Numbered from the stretch's first letter, positions 39,585 through 48,509 are shown. The stretch: 64,000 nucleotides of DNA from an uncultured Clostridia bacterium (GCA_947631245.1 CANRKP010000003.1:18727-82726); one strand, 5' to 3'. Made by a program: numbers and translations. Notes: generated by a model not told the origin, from the letters alone.

Positions 39585-40256
39585 ATGTTCAAGATACTCA
39601 TAGCGGAAGACGACCGCGAGCTGCGCGGGCTTTTCTCCCGCGTGCTCACGAAAAACGGATACGCCGTCCGCGGCGTCTCCGACGGGCGCGAGGCGCTCGA
39701 CGCGCTCGACGCCGACTACTACGACCTTGTCATATCCGACATAATGATGCCCGTGATGGACGGCTACGAGCTCGTGAGCTCGCTGCGCGAAACGGGACGC
39801 AATATCCCCGTCATGATGATAACGGCGAAGGACGCGTTCGACGATATGCGCCTCGGCTTTCTCTCAGGGACAGACGATTACATGGTCAAGCCCATAAATG
39901 TGAACGAGATGGTGCTGCGCGTCGGCGCGCTTCTGCGGCGAGCGCAGATGATAAACGAGCGCAGGCTCACGATAGGCGACACCGTCCTCGAGTGCGACTC
40001 GCTGACCGTCGTCTCCGGCGGGCAGTCCTCCGTTCTGCCGCAGAAGGAATTTATGCTCCTTTACAAAATGGCGTCGTTCCCCGGCAGAATATTCACGCGC
40101 CAGCAGCTTATGGACGACATTTGGGGCTACGACACCGACAGCGACACCCACACCGTCGACGTTCACATAGGCAGGCTGAGAGAGCGCTTCCGCGACAATC
40201 CCGACTTCAGGATCGTGACGATGAGAGGCGTCGGCTACAAGGTGGTGAAGACGTGA
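39585..40256 (+). CDS. OmpR/PhoB-family response regulator
   Basis: 223 aa. KILIAEDD..DLVISDIMMP receiver domain and a C-terminal winged helix (..TVDVHIGRLRERF..RGVGYK). Confidence 0.95.
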   Translation: MFKILIAEDDRELRGLFSRVLTKNGYAVRGVSDGREALDALDADYYDLVISDIMMPVMDGYELVSSLRETGRNIPVMMITAKDAFDDMRLGFLSGTDDYMVKPINVNEMVLRVGALLRRAQMINERRLTIGDTVLECDSLTVVSGGQSSVLPQKEFMLLYKMASFPGRIFTRQQLMDDIWGYDTDSDTHTVDVHIGRLRERFRDNPDFRIVTMRGVGYKVVKT

Positions 40257-41350
40257 AAGATAAGGAAAAGAAAAAAGCGAAGGCAGCGTGCACGGCGGAG
40301 AAAAAGCCGAAAAAGAAAAAACGCTTAAAGCTCCGCGTCAGCATAAGGGTGTTTTTCACGATCCTCATCATCGTGGAGGTCATCCTCGGAATAGGGATAG
40401 CGCTTCTGATACTGAGCGAGCTATCCTCACTTCTCCCGATAAGCATACGCGTCCACCCGTCGCTGCTCCTTATCGGCTTCTCCCTCATCGTAGGCATAAT
40501 CTCCGCGTCATACATAAACAACAAGATATTCTCCCCCGTGCTCAAGATAAGCCGCGCGATGACGGAGGTCGCCGACGGCGACCTCTCCGTCTCGCTCGAG
40601 ACCGAGAGCCGCATCAAGGAGATACAGGATATATACGAGAGCTTCAACCTTATGGTGCGCGAGCTCTCCGCAAACGAGATGGTGGGCGAAGATTTCATCT
40701 CGAACGTGTCGCACGAATTCAAAACGCCGATAGGCGCGATCGAAGGATACGCGACGCTGCTCGGCGGGCCCGACGTCACGCCCGAGGAGCGGTCCGAATA
40801 CGCCGAAAAGATAATCTACAGCGCCAAGCGCCTCTCGGACCTCGCATCCGACATCCTTCTTATCTCGAAAATAGACAATCAGGCGATCGACAGCGGCAAG
40901 CGCCGCTACCGCCTCGACGAGCAGATACGTCAGGCGATACTGCTGCTCGAGCCGAAATGGACGGAAAAGGAAATAGAGTTCGACGTCGACCTCGAGGACA
41001 CCGAGTACACCTGCAGCGAGAGCCTGATGCTCCACGTTTGGACAAACCTGCTCGACAACGCGATAAAATTCGACCCGCAGGGCGGATACGTCGGCGTCCG
41101 CCTCACAAAAGACGTGGATGGCGACGGCGTGACCGTCGCCGTCTCGGACGGAGGTCCCGGCATCCCCGACGGGGAGAAGGCGCACATCTTCGAAAAATTC
41201 TATCAGAGCGACAGCTCCCACAAGGACGAGGGCAGCGGTCTCGGTCTCGCGCTCGTCGCCCGCATACTCGCGGCATCGGGCGGCAGCGTCACGGTTTCCG
41301 ACCGCTCCCCCTGCGGCTCAGTCTTCACCGTGAAGCTCCCGGGACGCTGA
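40253..41350 (+). CDS. sensor histidine kinase
   Basis: GTG 40253 in a GTGA overlap with the regulator stop. Lys-rich N-terminus, two TM helices, a HAMP-like segment, the H-box SHEFKTPIGAIEGY, and N/G boxes (LLDNAIKF, DGGPGIP, GSGLGLAL). Confidence 0.9.
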   Translation: MKDKEKKKAKAACTAEKKPKKKKRLKLRVSIRVFFTILIIVEVILGIGIALLILSELSSLLPISIRVHPSLLLIGFSLIVGIISASYINNKIFSPVLKISRAMTEVADGDLSVSLETESRIKEIQDIYESFNLMVRELSANEMVGEDFISNVSHEFKTPIGAIEGYATLLGGPDVTPEERSEYAEKIIYSAKRLSDLASDILLISKIDNQAIDSGKRRYRLDEQIRQAILLLEPKWTEKEIEFDVDLEDTEYTCSESLMLHVWTNLLDNAIKFDPQGGYVGVRLTKDVDGDGVTVAVSDGGPGIPDGEKAHIFEKFYQSDSSHKDEGSGLGLALVARILAASGGSVTVSDRSPCGSVFTVKLPGR

Positions 41351-41373
41351 TGGATCTGCATCTGCGGCATTTT

Positions 41374-41387
41374 TCAACAATTGTTGA
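41374..41387. promoter_or_regulatory. fourth TCAAC-N-GTTGA palindrome (TCAACAATTGTTGA)
   Basis: Perfect 14-bp palindrome 7 nt upstream of the -35 of the PAP2 operon promoter. It is followed by TCAATTGA (41391-41398). Confidence 0.55.
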
Positions 41388-41394
41388 CATTCAA

Positions 41395-41424
41395 TTGATA
41401 TTCCGTTGCAGTTTAAGGTATAAA
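41395..41424 (+). promoter_or_regulatory. sigma-A promoter of the PAP2-plsY-glycosyltransferase operon (TTGATA-18-TATAAA)
   Basis: TTGATA at 41395-41400 and TATAAA at 41419-41424. An AAGGAG RBS precedes ATG 41452. Confidence 0.5.
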
Positions 41425-41451
41425 ATTTCTCAGAAGTAAGGAGTTCAAAGC

Positions 41452-42126
41452 ATGAACATACCCGGCAAAGTCGACTACAGCGGCTTTCGGCTGAAAAAAC
41501 TTTTCAGTCCCGAATACCGCCACATACTTTTGCTTCTTTACTGGCCGCTTTACGGACTTGTGTTTCTCTTCCTCGAACGATTTCACGAGGTGGACAGGTA
41601 TTTTCCCGTCTACTGCCGGCTCGACGACATGATCCCGTTTTGCGAATACTTCCTCATTCCCTATCTCTTTTGGTTCGCCCTCATATTCGGGATGATAGTA
41701 TACACGTTTTTCTATGACCCGGACACGCTGCGCCGCATGATGGGATTTATCATCCTCACATACTCGCTCGCGCTCTTCATTTACCTCGTGTTCCCGACGT
41801 GCCAGCAGCTGCGCCCCGTGTCGTTCGCGCGCGACAACGTATTCACGCGCGCCCTCGCCGGCTTTTACGGCTACGACACAAACACCAACGTCTGCCCGTC
41901 GATACACGTCATAGGCTCATTCGCCGCCGCGTTTGCCGCGTGGCGCGCACGCGGTCTGACAAAGCCGCTGACGCGGTGCTTCTTCGTCGTGTGCGCGGTC
42001 CTCATATGCATCTCGACGCTCTTCATCAAGCAGCATTCGGTCATAGACGTGCTCGCGGGCGCCGCCGTCAGCTTTGCCGCATACCCCCTCTTTTTCGGTG
42101 AGAAAGAAGACGAACGGGACGGGTGA
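41452..42126 (+). CDS. PAP2-superfamily membrane protein (PAP2_C / lipid head-group transferase-like)
   Basis: 224 aa, polytopic. ..CPSIHV.. and ..KQHSVIDVLAG.. correspond to the PSGH and H..D motifs of PAP2 and sphingomyelin-synthase-type enzymes. Confidence 0.75.
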   Translation: MNIPGKVDYSGFRLKKLFSPEYRHILLLLYWPLYGLVFLFLERFHEVDRYFPVYCRLDDMIPFCEYFLIPYLFWFALIFGMIVYTFFYDPDTLRRMMGFIILTYSLALFIYLVFPTCQQLRPVSFARDNVFTRALAGFYGYDTNTNVCPSIHVIGSFAAAFAAWRARGLTKPLTRCFFVVCAVLICISTLFIKQHSVIDVLAGAAVSFAAYPLFFGEKEDERDG

Positions 42127-42189
42127 TGTCGGCAGGGACATATTTCGATACCCGTTCATATATAAATAAAAGAAAGGAGACGGCTTTTT

Positions 42190-42810
42190 ATGATACGCGC
42201 ACTTATTTTTACCGTTGTCGGATACCTGTCGGGCAGCGTCCTTTACGCGACCGTATTCAGCCGTCTTTTCGGGATAGAAAACGTCGCCGAGCAGGGCAAG
42301 GACAAAAACCCCGGCACCGCGAACGCCTTCATGCACGGCGGATTCTGGGTCGGCGTATGCACTCTTGTCTGCGACATCGGCAAGGGCACGCTGCCGGTCC
42401 TGCTTTACACCTTCGGCAAAACCGAAGCGGAGCTTGCCTCCGACATATGGCTCGCGCTCGTCGTTGCGGCGCCGCTGCTCGGTCATATTTTCCCCATATT
42501 CAATAAATTTTCGGGAGGAAAAGGCGTCGCCGTGACGTTCGGCGTGCTGATAGGGCTTGTCCCCCACGCGGTGCCGCTCTTTATCCTCGCCTTCTACTTT
42601 GTCTTTTTCTCCGTGGTGCTCCGCGTAAAGACGCATTACCACAGAACCGTCGTGACGTATTATTTCACCGCGGCGACGATGTTTCTGCTCCGCGTCGCAC
42701 TGCCCGTCTCAGTCGGATTTCTAATAATCACTGCGGCGGTGCAGTATAAGCTCCACATAAGCACGGAAAAAAGGCAGAAATTTGAGGTCGGTCTTTTATG
42801 GATGCATTGA
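42190..42810 (+). CDS. plsY: glycerol-3-phosphate acyltransferase PlsY
   Basis: 206 aa. GYLSGSVLYA.., ..GKDKNPGTANAF.., ..FSGGKGVA.. motifs. Confidence 0.85.
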   Translation: MIRALIFTVVGYLSGSVLYATVFSRLFGIENVAEQGKDKNPGTANAFMHGGFWVGVCTLVCDIGKGTLPVLLYTFGKTEAELASDIWLALVVAAPLLGHIFPIFNKFSGGKGVAVTFGVLIGLVPHAVPLFILAFYFVFFSVVLRVKTHYHRTVVTYYFTAATMFLLRVALPVSVGFLIITAAVQYKLHISTEKRQKFEVGLLWMH

Positions 42811-43970
42811 TAATGTCATGCGGCACGGGAGGCGGGCACAACGCCGCCGCAGCCGCCATCGCGGAGGAGCTCGAGCGAAGAGGTCACAACGTGACGGTCT
42901 TAAATCCGTTCACGCTTGTGGAAGGCTCCGTTTCCTCCGTCATAGACAACACCTATATCTCGGTGGCGAAGTATTTTCCGCGCCTTTTCGGGCTCATATA
43001 CAGTCTCGGCGCGGGCGTCAGCAGGCTGCCGATACCGTCCCCCGTTTATCTTGCGAACGGAATGATGAACGAGACGATGGAGAAATATCTTTCCGAGCAT
43101 CATTTTGACATAATCGTCATGTCTCACCTGTTCCCGGGCGAGATTCTCACGAATATGAAGCGGCACGGGGCGTCCGTCCCGAAGACGGTCTTTATCGCGA
43201 CCGATTACACCTGCATCCCCTTCACAGAGGAGGTAGACTGCGACTACTGCGTCATCCCGTCCGCGGAGCTTACGGAGGAATACGTCCGCCGCGGCGTCCC
43301 CCGCGAGCGCATATACCCGCTCGGCATACCCGTCAGGAGCGAATTTGCCGACGGGCACGACGTCGGCGACAGAGACGCGCTCTGCCGCGGGCTCGGTCTT
43401 GACCCCGAGCGCCGCTACATCCTCGTGACGGGCGGCAGCATGGGCGCCGGTAAGCTGCGCCTCGTCGTCGATATGCTCGACGAGCACTACAAGCACAAAA
43501 ACGTTTCTCTCATCGTCGTCTGCGGCAGCAACGAAAAGCTGTACGAGAAGATATCGGCGGAATACGGCGACCGCCACATAGTGATCGGTCACACGGACCA
43601 AATGGCCCACTACATGGCGGTCTGCGACGTGTTCATCACAAAGCCGGGCGGGCTCTCCTCGACGGAGGCGGCCGTCTCCGGCACGCCGGTCATACATATC
43701 ACCCCGATCCCCGGCTGCGAATCCTACAACATGCGCTTCTTCGAGGCGCACGGTATGTCGATAGCGGTGCCCTCTCCGCGCCGCAATCTCATCGAGGCGT
43801 GCGACGCGCTCGACGACGAGACGGCGCGCGAGACGATGTCGGAAAACCAGCGCAAGGTCATCCCCGCAAACGCGCCGCGCGACATCTGCGACCTCATAGA
43901 AAAGGCGGTCGCGGACGCGGACGCCGAAGGCGGCGTAACATCAGAGAGCAGGGGCGCCGTGTTTGCATAA
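42798..43970 (+). CDS. diacylglycerol glycosyltransferase (MGDG-synthase / UgtP-like, GT28)
   Basis: 390 aa. SCGTGGGHNAAAAAI N-terminal motif, C-terminal ..KPGGLSSTEA... 13-nt overlap with plsY. Confidence 0.8.
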   Translation: MDALIMSCGTGGGHNAAAAAIAEELERRGHNVTVLNPFTLVEGSVSSVIDNTYISVAKYFPRLFGLIYSLGAGVSRLPIPSPVYLANGMMNETMEKYLSEHHFDIIVMSHLFPGEILTNMKRHGASVPKTVFIATDYTCIPFTEEVDCDYCVIPSAELTEEYVRRGVPRERIYPLGIPVRSEFADGHDVGDRDALCRGLGLDPERRYILVTGGSMGAGKLRLVVDMLDEHYKHKNVSLIVVCGSNEKLYEKISAEYGDRHIVIGHTDQMAHYMAVCDVFITKPGGLSSTEAAVSGTPVIHITPIPGCESYNMRFFEAHGMSIAVPSPRRNLIEACDALDDETARETMSENQRKVIPANAPRDICDLIEKAVADADAEGGVTSESRGAVFA

Positions 43971-43978
43971 GATAAAAA

Positions 43979-44025
43979 AGCTCGGGAGAGGAAGCGATGT
44001 CCGCCGTCCTCTCCCGAGCTTTTTT
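43979..44025. terminator. bidirectional rho-independent terminator
   Basis: AGCTCGGGAGAGGA-loop-TCCTCTCCCGAGCT flanked by AAAAAA and TTTTTT. Confidence 0.8.
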
Positions 44026-44284
44026 ATTTTTTCCCGAAAGCGGAGAAGAGCCCCTTTTTCTCATACGGCACCGTGTCCGCCGATAGCACCTTGTACCCCG
44101 TTTTCTCTATCGCCGCGGCTAGCGCCTCTTTGTCAGGCGCGTCATCGGAAATTATGACGGTCTCCCCGCGCGAATGAGACGACGTGACCTTTTTGACGTT
44201 GAATGCGCCTCTCACCGCGTCGTTGACGTGGCTCTCGCACATGCCGCACATCATCCCGTCTACCTTTAGCGTTGTCTTGAACAT
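44024..44284 (-). CDS. heavy-metal-associated (HMA) domain protein
   Basis: 86 aa. LKVDGMMCGMCESHV is the GMxCxxC metal-binding motif. Confidence 0.8.
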   Translation of the reverse strand: MFKTTLKVDGMMCGMCESHVNDAVRGAFNVKKVTSSHSRGETVIISDDAPDKEALAAAIEKTGYKVLSADTVPYEKKGLFSAFGKK

Positions 44285-44394
44285 AACGACTTTTTCCTCC
44301 GTATTTTCGCGTCCCCCGAGGGCGCTTTTTTATTTTCAATTTCTATGATTTGGCAAATGCCTTTTTTTGAGCGCAATATTTCGGCAAGCGTCTT

Positions 44395-45216
44395 TTATAG
44401 TGCCGCCGTCAGCTCGTCGGCGCGGGCGGTGCACGCGCGCATGGCATTTCCTATCGCGTCTACAAAATCGCTCGCCTCGAGCGAGGCCATCGCCGCCGTC
44501 GTCGTTCCTCCCGGCGAGCATATCGCCTTTATCAGCGCCTCTATCGGCTCGCCCTTCTGCCTTATAACGCCGACGGACCCTTCTATCGTCGCGAGTATGA
44601 GCGGTTCCGCCGCCTCGCGCGGTATGCCCATGCTCTCCGCCCCGTCGAGCATCGCCTTCACGAAGAGATAGACGTATGCGGGTGCCGACCCATTCACCGC
44701 TATGACCGCGTTCATCTTTGCCTCATCCATAACTGAGACGACCGCGGTCTTGCCGAGGTCGGATACAAAGCTCTCGAACGCGCCGTCGTCAACGAGCGCG
44801 TTTCTCGACGCGGCGACGGCTCCTTTCCCTATCAGCATCGGCATATTGGGCATCAGCCTTATGACGCCGATATCGCGCCCGAGCGCGCCGGTGACAAAAT
44901 CTGTCGGAACGGCTGCCGCTATCGAAACTATGACGGTGTCGTCCCCGAACGCCGCGTCCTTTATGCCGCAAAGGCACCCTCCCATTTGGTACGGCTGCAC
45001 GGCGAGGATGACGTATCGGCAGCTCTCCGCGACCTCGGACGCATCCTTCGCGCGGCGCGCGCCCATTTCTTCAAATCTATCGACGCGGCGCGCGTCTATA
45101 TCGAACATCATTATCTCGTCCGCGCGCGCGGCGCCGCCGTTTATAAATCCGTCCGCAACGGCGGACGCCATGTGCCCGACTCCTATAAATCCGTATCTGA
45201 ATTTTTTCCCGCCCAT
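44395..45216 (-). CDS. proC: pyrroline-5-carboxylate reductase
   Basis: 273 aa. FIGVGHMASAV Rossmann fold and C-terminal ..CSPGGTT.. motif. Confidence 0.9.
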   Translation of the reverse strand: MGGKKFRYGFIGVGHMASAVADGFINGGAARADEIMMFDIDARRVDRFEEMGARRAKDASEVAESCRYVILAVQPYQMGGCLCGIKDAAFGDDTVIVSIAAAVPTDFVTGALGRDIGVIRLMPNMPMLIGKGAVAASRNALVDDGAFESFVSDLGKTAVVSVMDEAKMNAVIAVNGSAPAYVYLFVKAMLDGAESMGIPREAAEPLILATIEGSVGVIRQKGEPIEALIKAICSPGGTTTAAMASLEASDFVDAIGNAMRACTARADELTAAL

Positions 45217-45263
45217 GAAAATATATCCTCTCTTTATCTCTTTTCAACATGATATCACAGCGA

Positions 45264-45298
45264 AGAAAAAAAAGCAAGCGCGCCGCCGGGCGCGCCTG
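45264..45298 (-). terminator. rho-independent terminator of the serpin operon
   Basis: On the minus strand, GCAGGCGCGCC-cggc-GGCGCGCTTGC followed by TTTTTTTT. Confidence 0.75.
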
Positions 45299-45326
45299 CC
45301 ATATTTTATTATTCCGTCATTTCGTC

Positions 45327-46571
45327 TCAGCCTGAGACTGAGTTTACGATGCCGCAGAACACCGGCGTGTGCGTCGCCGTGTCGCAGATGAAGAACACGA
45401 ACGGCCGCGTCAGCTTCACTGTCAGCGTTGTCTCTGCCTCATCCGCGCATTCGTCGATGCCCGCTACGGTCGCCGCACCCGCGCGCGTTCCTGCCTCGTT
45501 CACCTCTATCTTTGCGCTGTGCAGCACCTCCGAAACATAGAGCCCGCCGCTTTTGTCGATGCCGGTGAGGTCTGCCTTTCCACCGTCAAACAGAGACGTC
45601 ATGCCCATAGACTTCAAAACGTCCGATATCTCAAGCTCGCTTTCAAAAGCAAACTTCGGTATCGACGTCGTGGCGGAGAGCAGCTTTCCCGACAGCGCCT
45701 CCGCAAGCGCCGCGCCGTCGAGCTTTTCGAGGTATTCCTCAGGCGTTATGCCCGAGTCCGGCAGAACTGCCGCAAACTCAAAGCTGCCGCCCGCGTAGCG
45801 GCGCACGAGACCGACCGCCCCGTCGAGAGTGAAGCCGAGGTCGCTGTCACAGTGCATAAACTCGACCGTTTCCCTCTTTTCGTCCGAGGTTATGAAAACT
45901 CCTTCCGAAATGTCTGATTTCTCGTATTTTTGCTCCCACTCGGCGTCGAAAAACACGGTATTTATGAGATACATCACGGTGCCGTCGCTTATCTCTTTTA
46001 TCATCTCATCGACCATGCCGTCGGTGTGCTTCGATATCCACGCGTTTATATCGCGCACAGTACCGCCGTCAAACGGAGCGGCAAACGCGTCCGCGCCGTA
46101 AATGTCCGCGTTCGTCTGCAAAAACTCGGGTCTTACCGACAGCGCGCCGTCTCGGAACCATATCGAATTTGCCTCCGCCAGCTTCACGTTCTTTTCTCTC
46201 CCGATCGCCGCCCTGTAAGCGGACATATATTCGTTCAGCCGGGAGAGCGTCATCCCTAAGGCTCCCTCCATTTCCGAAAGCGTGTCTCCCGCGGCGCCGT
46301 TCGCCGCAAGCGCCAGCACCGTCAGCACCGAGTACGGCGACATGACGACATTTGCGCCCTTTTCCCCTTTTGCCGTCTCGCGGAGAAGCGAGAGCGCAAA
46401 GTCGACGGCGGCGGGCTCCGCCTCGGGTTCGCCCGAGTCGCCCGCTTTCGAAACGTACCCCTCCGTCAGGTCGCGCGCGGACACCTCCGTCATAAACGAG
46501 CATGAAACGGCGGACATCATGACCGCGCAGGCACACACAGCGGCGAATATTGATTTAAATACGGTTTTCAC
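45327..46571 (-). CDS. serpin-family protein with signal / probable lipoprotein leader
   Basis: 414 aa. MKTVFKSIFAAVCACAVMMSAVSCS leader, reactive-loop hinge NEAGTRAGAATVAG, and serpin signature LTRPFVFFI. Confidence 0.85.
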   Translation of the reverse strand: MKTVFKSIFAAVCACAVMMSAVSCSFMTEVSARDLTEGYVSKAGDSGEPEAEPAAVDFALSLLRETAKGEKGANVVMSPYSVLTVLALAANGAAGDTLSEMEGALGMTLSRLNEYMSAYRAAIGREKNVKLAEANSIWFRDGALSVRPEFLQTNADIYGADAFAAPFDGGTVRDINAWISKHTDGMVDEMIKEISDGTVMYLINTVFFDAEWEQKYEKSDISEGVFITSDEKRETVEFMHCDSDLGFTLDGAVGLVRRYAGGSFEFAAVLPDSGITPEEYLEKLDGAALAEALSGKLLSATTSIPKFAFESELEISDVLKSMGMTSLFDGGKADLTGIDKSGGLYVSEVLHSAKIEVNEAGTRAGAATVAGIDECADEAETTLTVKLTRPFVFFICDTATHTPVFCGIVNSVSG

Positions 46572-46593
46572 AGCTGCTGCCCCCTTTCTTCCG

Positions 46594-47544
46594 TCAGTCG
46601 TCTTTTTTGCTCGCCTCGAGCGCCGCGCGGCGGCGCTTTTTCGAGCGTCTTACGACAATAACGACTACTATTATGACAGCCGCTGCGGGAATTATCAGGA
46701 ACGGCAGCGCCGCCGTCAGCCCGATGATTATCGTTTGGCACATGAGGGAGAACGCCTCAAGCGAGCCCGAGAACGCGTTCGCCAGCTTCTGCCCGAACGA
46801 CGGGTCGGGGTCCTCAGGGTCCGTGAGCTTTACGACCTCGGAAAGATTCACCGTCACCGTGGAGTACGCGATGAGGGAGTCGTACTTGTTCAGCGTGCCC
46901 GTGTAGAGCTCTATCTGATAGTTCACCTCAGACAGCGCGTTCGTAAGGCTTATGATGTAGTCCATGTTGTCGGCGCGGTCGAGCAGCTCCATGTATTTGT
47001 CACGCTCGAGCTTGAGCGCCGCCAGGCGCGCCTCCGTGTCGAAATACTTCTCCGTCACGTCGTCCGTCGTCGTGTACTGCGAGAGCACGTTTCCGAGCTC
47101 CGCAACCTTCGCCGTGAAGCCGTCAAGCTCCCCCGTCGGTATGCGGAAAACGAACTCGGAGCGGCGCGTGCCGCGCCCGCTCACGGAAAGTCCCGTCTCG
47201 CGCGAGGAGTCTATATATCCTCCCGCCTCCGCCGCCATCGACTTCAGCTTTGCCGCGGCGGTGTCGTATTCGAGCGTCTCCATATCTACGGTGACATACT
47301 GTATCCGCTTTCTGTCGACGGCTCCCGCCGCGATGCCGGAGGCCTCGCCGTCACCGACCTCGGGGCTCCCATCCTCCGGTTTTCCCGGCGCGCTTGCGCT
47401 GTTGTCATTGTTATATCCGTATCCGCCGGAATATCCCGGCGCCATGTCGGCATTTGCCCCGTCTTCGCTGCCCTTAGCCGAGCAGCCCGCAAAGACCGCC
47501 GCGAGCATAAACGCCGCCAACAAGATGCATGTCAGTTTTTTCAT
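46594..47544 (-). CDS. DUF4349-like lipoprotein with C-terminal membrane anchor
   Basis: ATG 47544 behind a GGAGAG RBS. MKKLTCILLAAFMLAAVFAGC lipobox, a coiled-coil middle, and C-terminal TM helices. Confidence 0.75.
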   Translation of the reverse strand: MKKLTCILLAAFMLAAVFAGCSAKGSEDGANADMAPGYSGGYGYNNDNSASAPGKPEDGSPEVGDGEASGIAAGAVDRKRIQYVTVDMETLEYDTAAAKLKSMAAEAGGYIDSSRETGLSVSGRGTRRSEFVFRIPTGELDGFTAKVAELGNVLSQYTTTDDVTEKYFDTEARLAALKLERDKYMELLDRADNMDYIISLTNALSEVNYQIELYTGTLNKYDSLIAYSTVTVNLSEVVKLTDPEDPDPSFGQKLANAFSGSLEAFSLMCQTIIIGLTAALPFLIIPAAAVIIVVVIVVRRSKKRRRAALEASKKDD

Positions 47545-47659
47545 ACCGTTTTCTCTCCGTTTTTTCTTTCTCGGGCGCACGCTTGCCCTTTCACAATATT
47601 CGACGGAGAACGCGCGCGTTTTGTTCCGCGGAATTTTAAATTTTTTTGCGTCGGTTTCC

Positions 47660-47869
47660 TTATCGCCGCCTGATGATGAAGCAGCCGCAGAGCACCATCA
47701 CCCCGATCACGGCGATTATCGCCGCCGCGACCGAAAGCGGATCCCAGCCCTCAGCATTCTCCGCCGCCGCGTCCTCCGATGCGGCGAAAACGCGCGGACC
47801 GAGCGCCGCCGCCGAAAGGATGGCGGCAAACGCGAGAATGAGCGTCAATGTTCTTATGATATTTTTCAT
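47660..47869 (-). CDS. small (69 aa) secreted/anchored peptide
   Basis: GGAG RBS 8 nt upstream. N-terminal signal-like helix, a short acidic segment, and a C-terminal TM helix ending RRR. Confidence 0.5.
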   Translation of the reverse strand: MKNIIRTLTLILAFAAILSAAALGPRVFAASEDAAAENAEGWDPLSVAAAIIAVIGVMVLCGCFIIRRR

Positions 47870-48133
47870 ACCGGCGTCTCCGAAAAATCTTATTTAATTA
47901 TATAGACGCAAAAACTGCCCATTTTGTTGCGCTTTGTGCAAAAATTTTTTCCAGCTTTTTTAGGCGGCGTCGACGACCGGGCACAAAGCGGTCTCCATTT
48001 GAGTAAACTTATATTGAGCGGCGCGGAAAAAACTCCCGAAAGAAAAGCTCCGCGCGCGCGTTTAGCGAACGCTCATGTCGGCAATAATAGGAACAGAAGC
48101 CGCAAATAAGTCAAAAATCCGGAGAAAAACAAA

Positions 48134-48505
48134 ATGAACAGTGTAAAACGCGGAGATATCTATTACGCGGATCTCTCCCCCGTCGTCGGCTCGGAGCAGG
48201 GCGGTGTGCGCCCCGTACTTATCGTCCAGAACGACATGGGGAACAGATACAGCCCGACCGTTATCGCGGCGGCGATAACGAGCCGAATGGACAAGACGAA
48301 CCTGCCGACCCATATCGGCGTCGCCTCGAGCGAGGCGGGACTCGCGAAGGACTCCGTCATTCTGACGGAGCAGATAAGGACGCTCGACAAGCGCAGGCTG
48401 CGCGAAAAGATAGGTCACCTCGACGGCGCCTCGATGACAGCCGTCGACTCCGCCCTTTCCGTGAGCTTCGGTCTCGGCGGAGCCGAGGGCGGAACCGCAA
48501 TATAA
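48134..48505 (+). CDS. mazF: MazF/PemK/EndoA-family endoribonuclease toxin
   Basis: 123 aa. [43 protein letters not shown] matches the EndoA/MazF core. Confidence 0.9.
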   Translation: MNSVKRGDIYYADLSPVVGSEQGGVRPVLIVQNDMGNRYSPTVIAAAITSRMDKTNLPTHIGVASSEAGLAKDSVILTEQIRTLDKRRLREKIGHLDGASMTAVDSALSVSFGLGGAEGGTAI

Positions 48506-48509
48506 AAAT

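Noticed and set aside
39198-39649. Small ORFs 39198..39401(-) and 39398..39649(-) in the divergent control region
   Set aside because: They have TTG or weak starts, no RBS and odd composition. They overlap promoters, the palindromes and the response-regulator start. The region is better explained as regulatory DNA and a 5' leader.
44285-44394. Terminator-like hairpin GCGTCCCC-cga-GGGCGC plus T-run oriented on the plus strand upstream of the HMA gene
   Set aside because: No plus-strand gene ends there, and the stem is short with a bulge. It is probably incidental or part of the HMA/proC promoter region.
47924-48137. 61-aa ORF (47924..48109) or a 20-codon ATGA-coupled mini-ORF (48075..48137) as the MazF antitoxin
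   Set aside because: The 61-aa ORF starts at TTG without an RBS and has no RHH or AbrB features. The mini-ORF consists mostly of the mazF RBS region. Neither is supportable as an antitoxin from sequence alone, and both are mentioned only as things to test.
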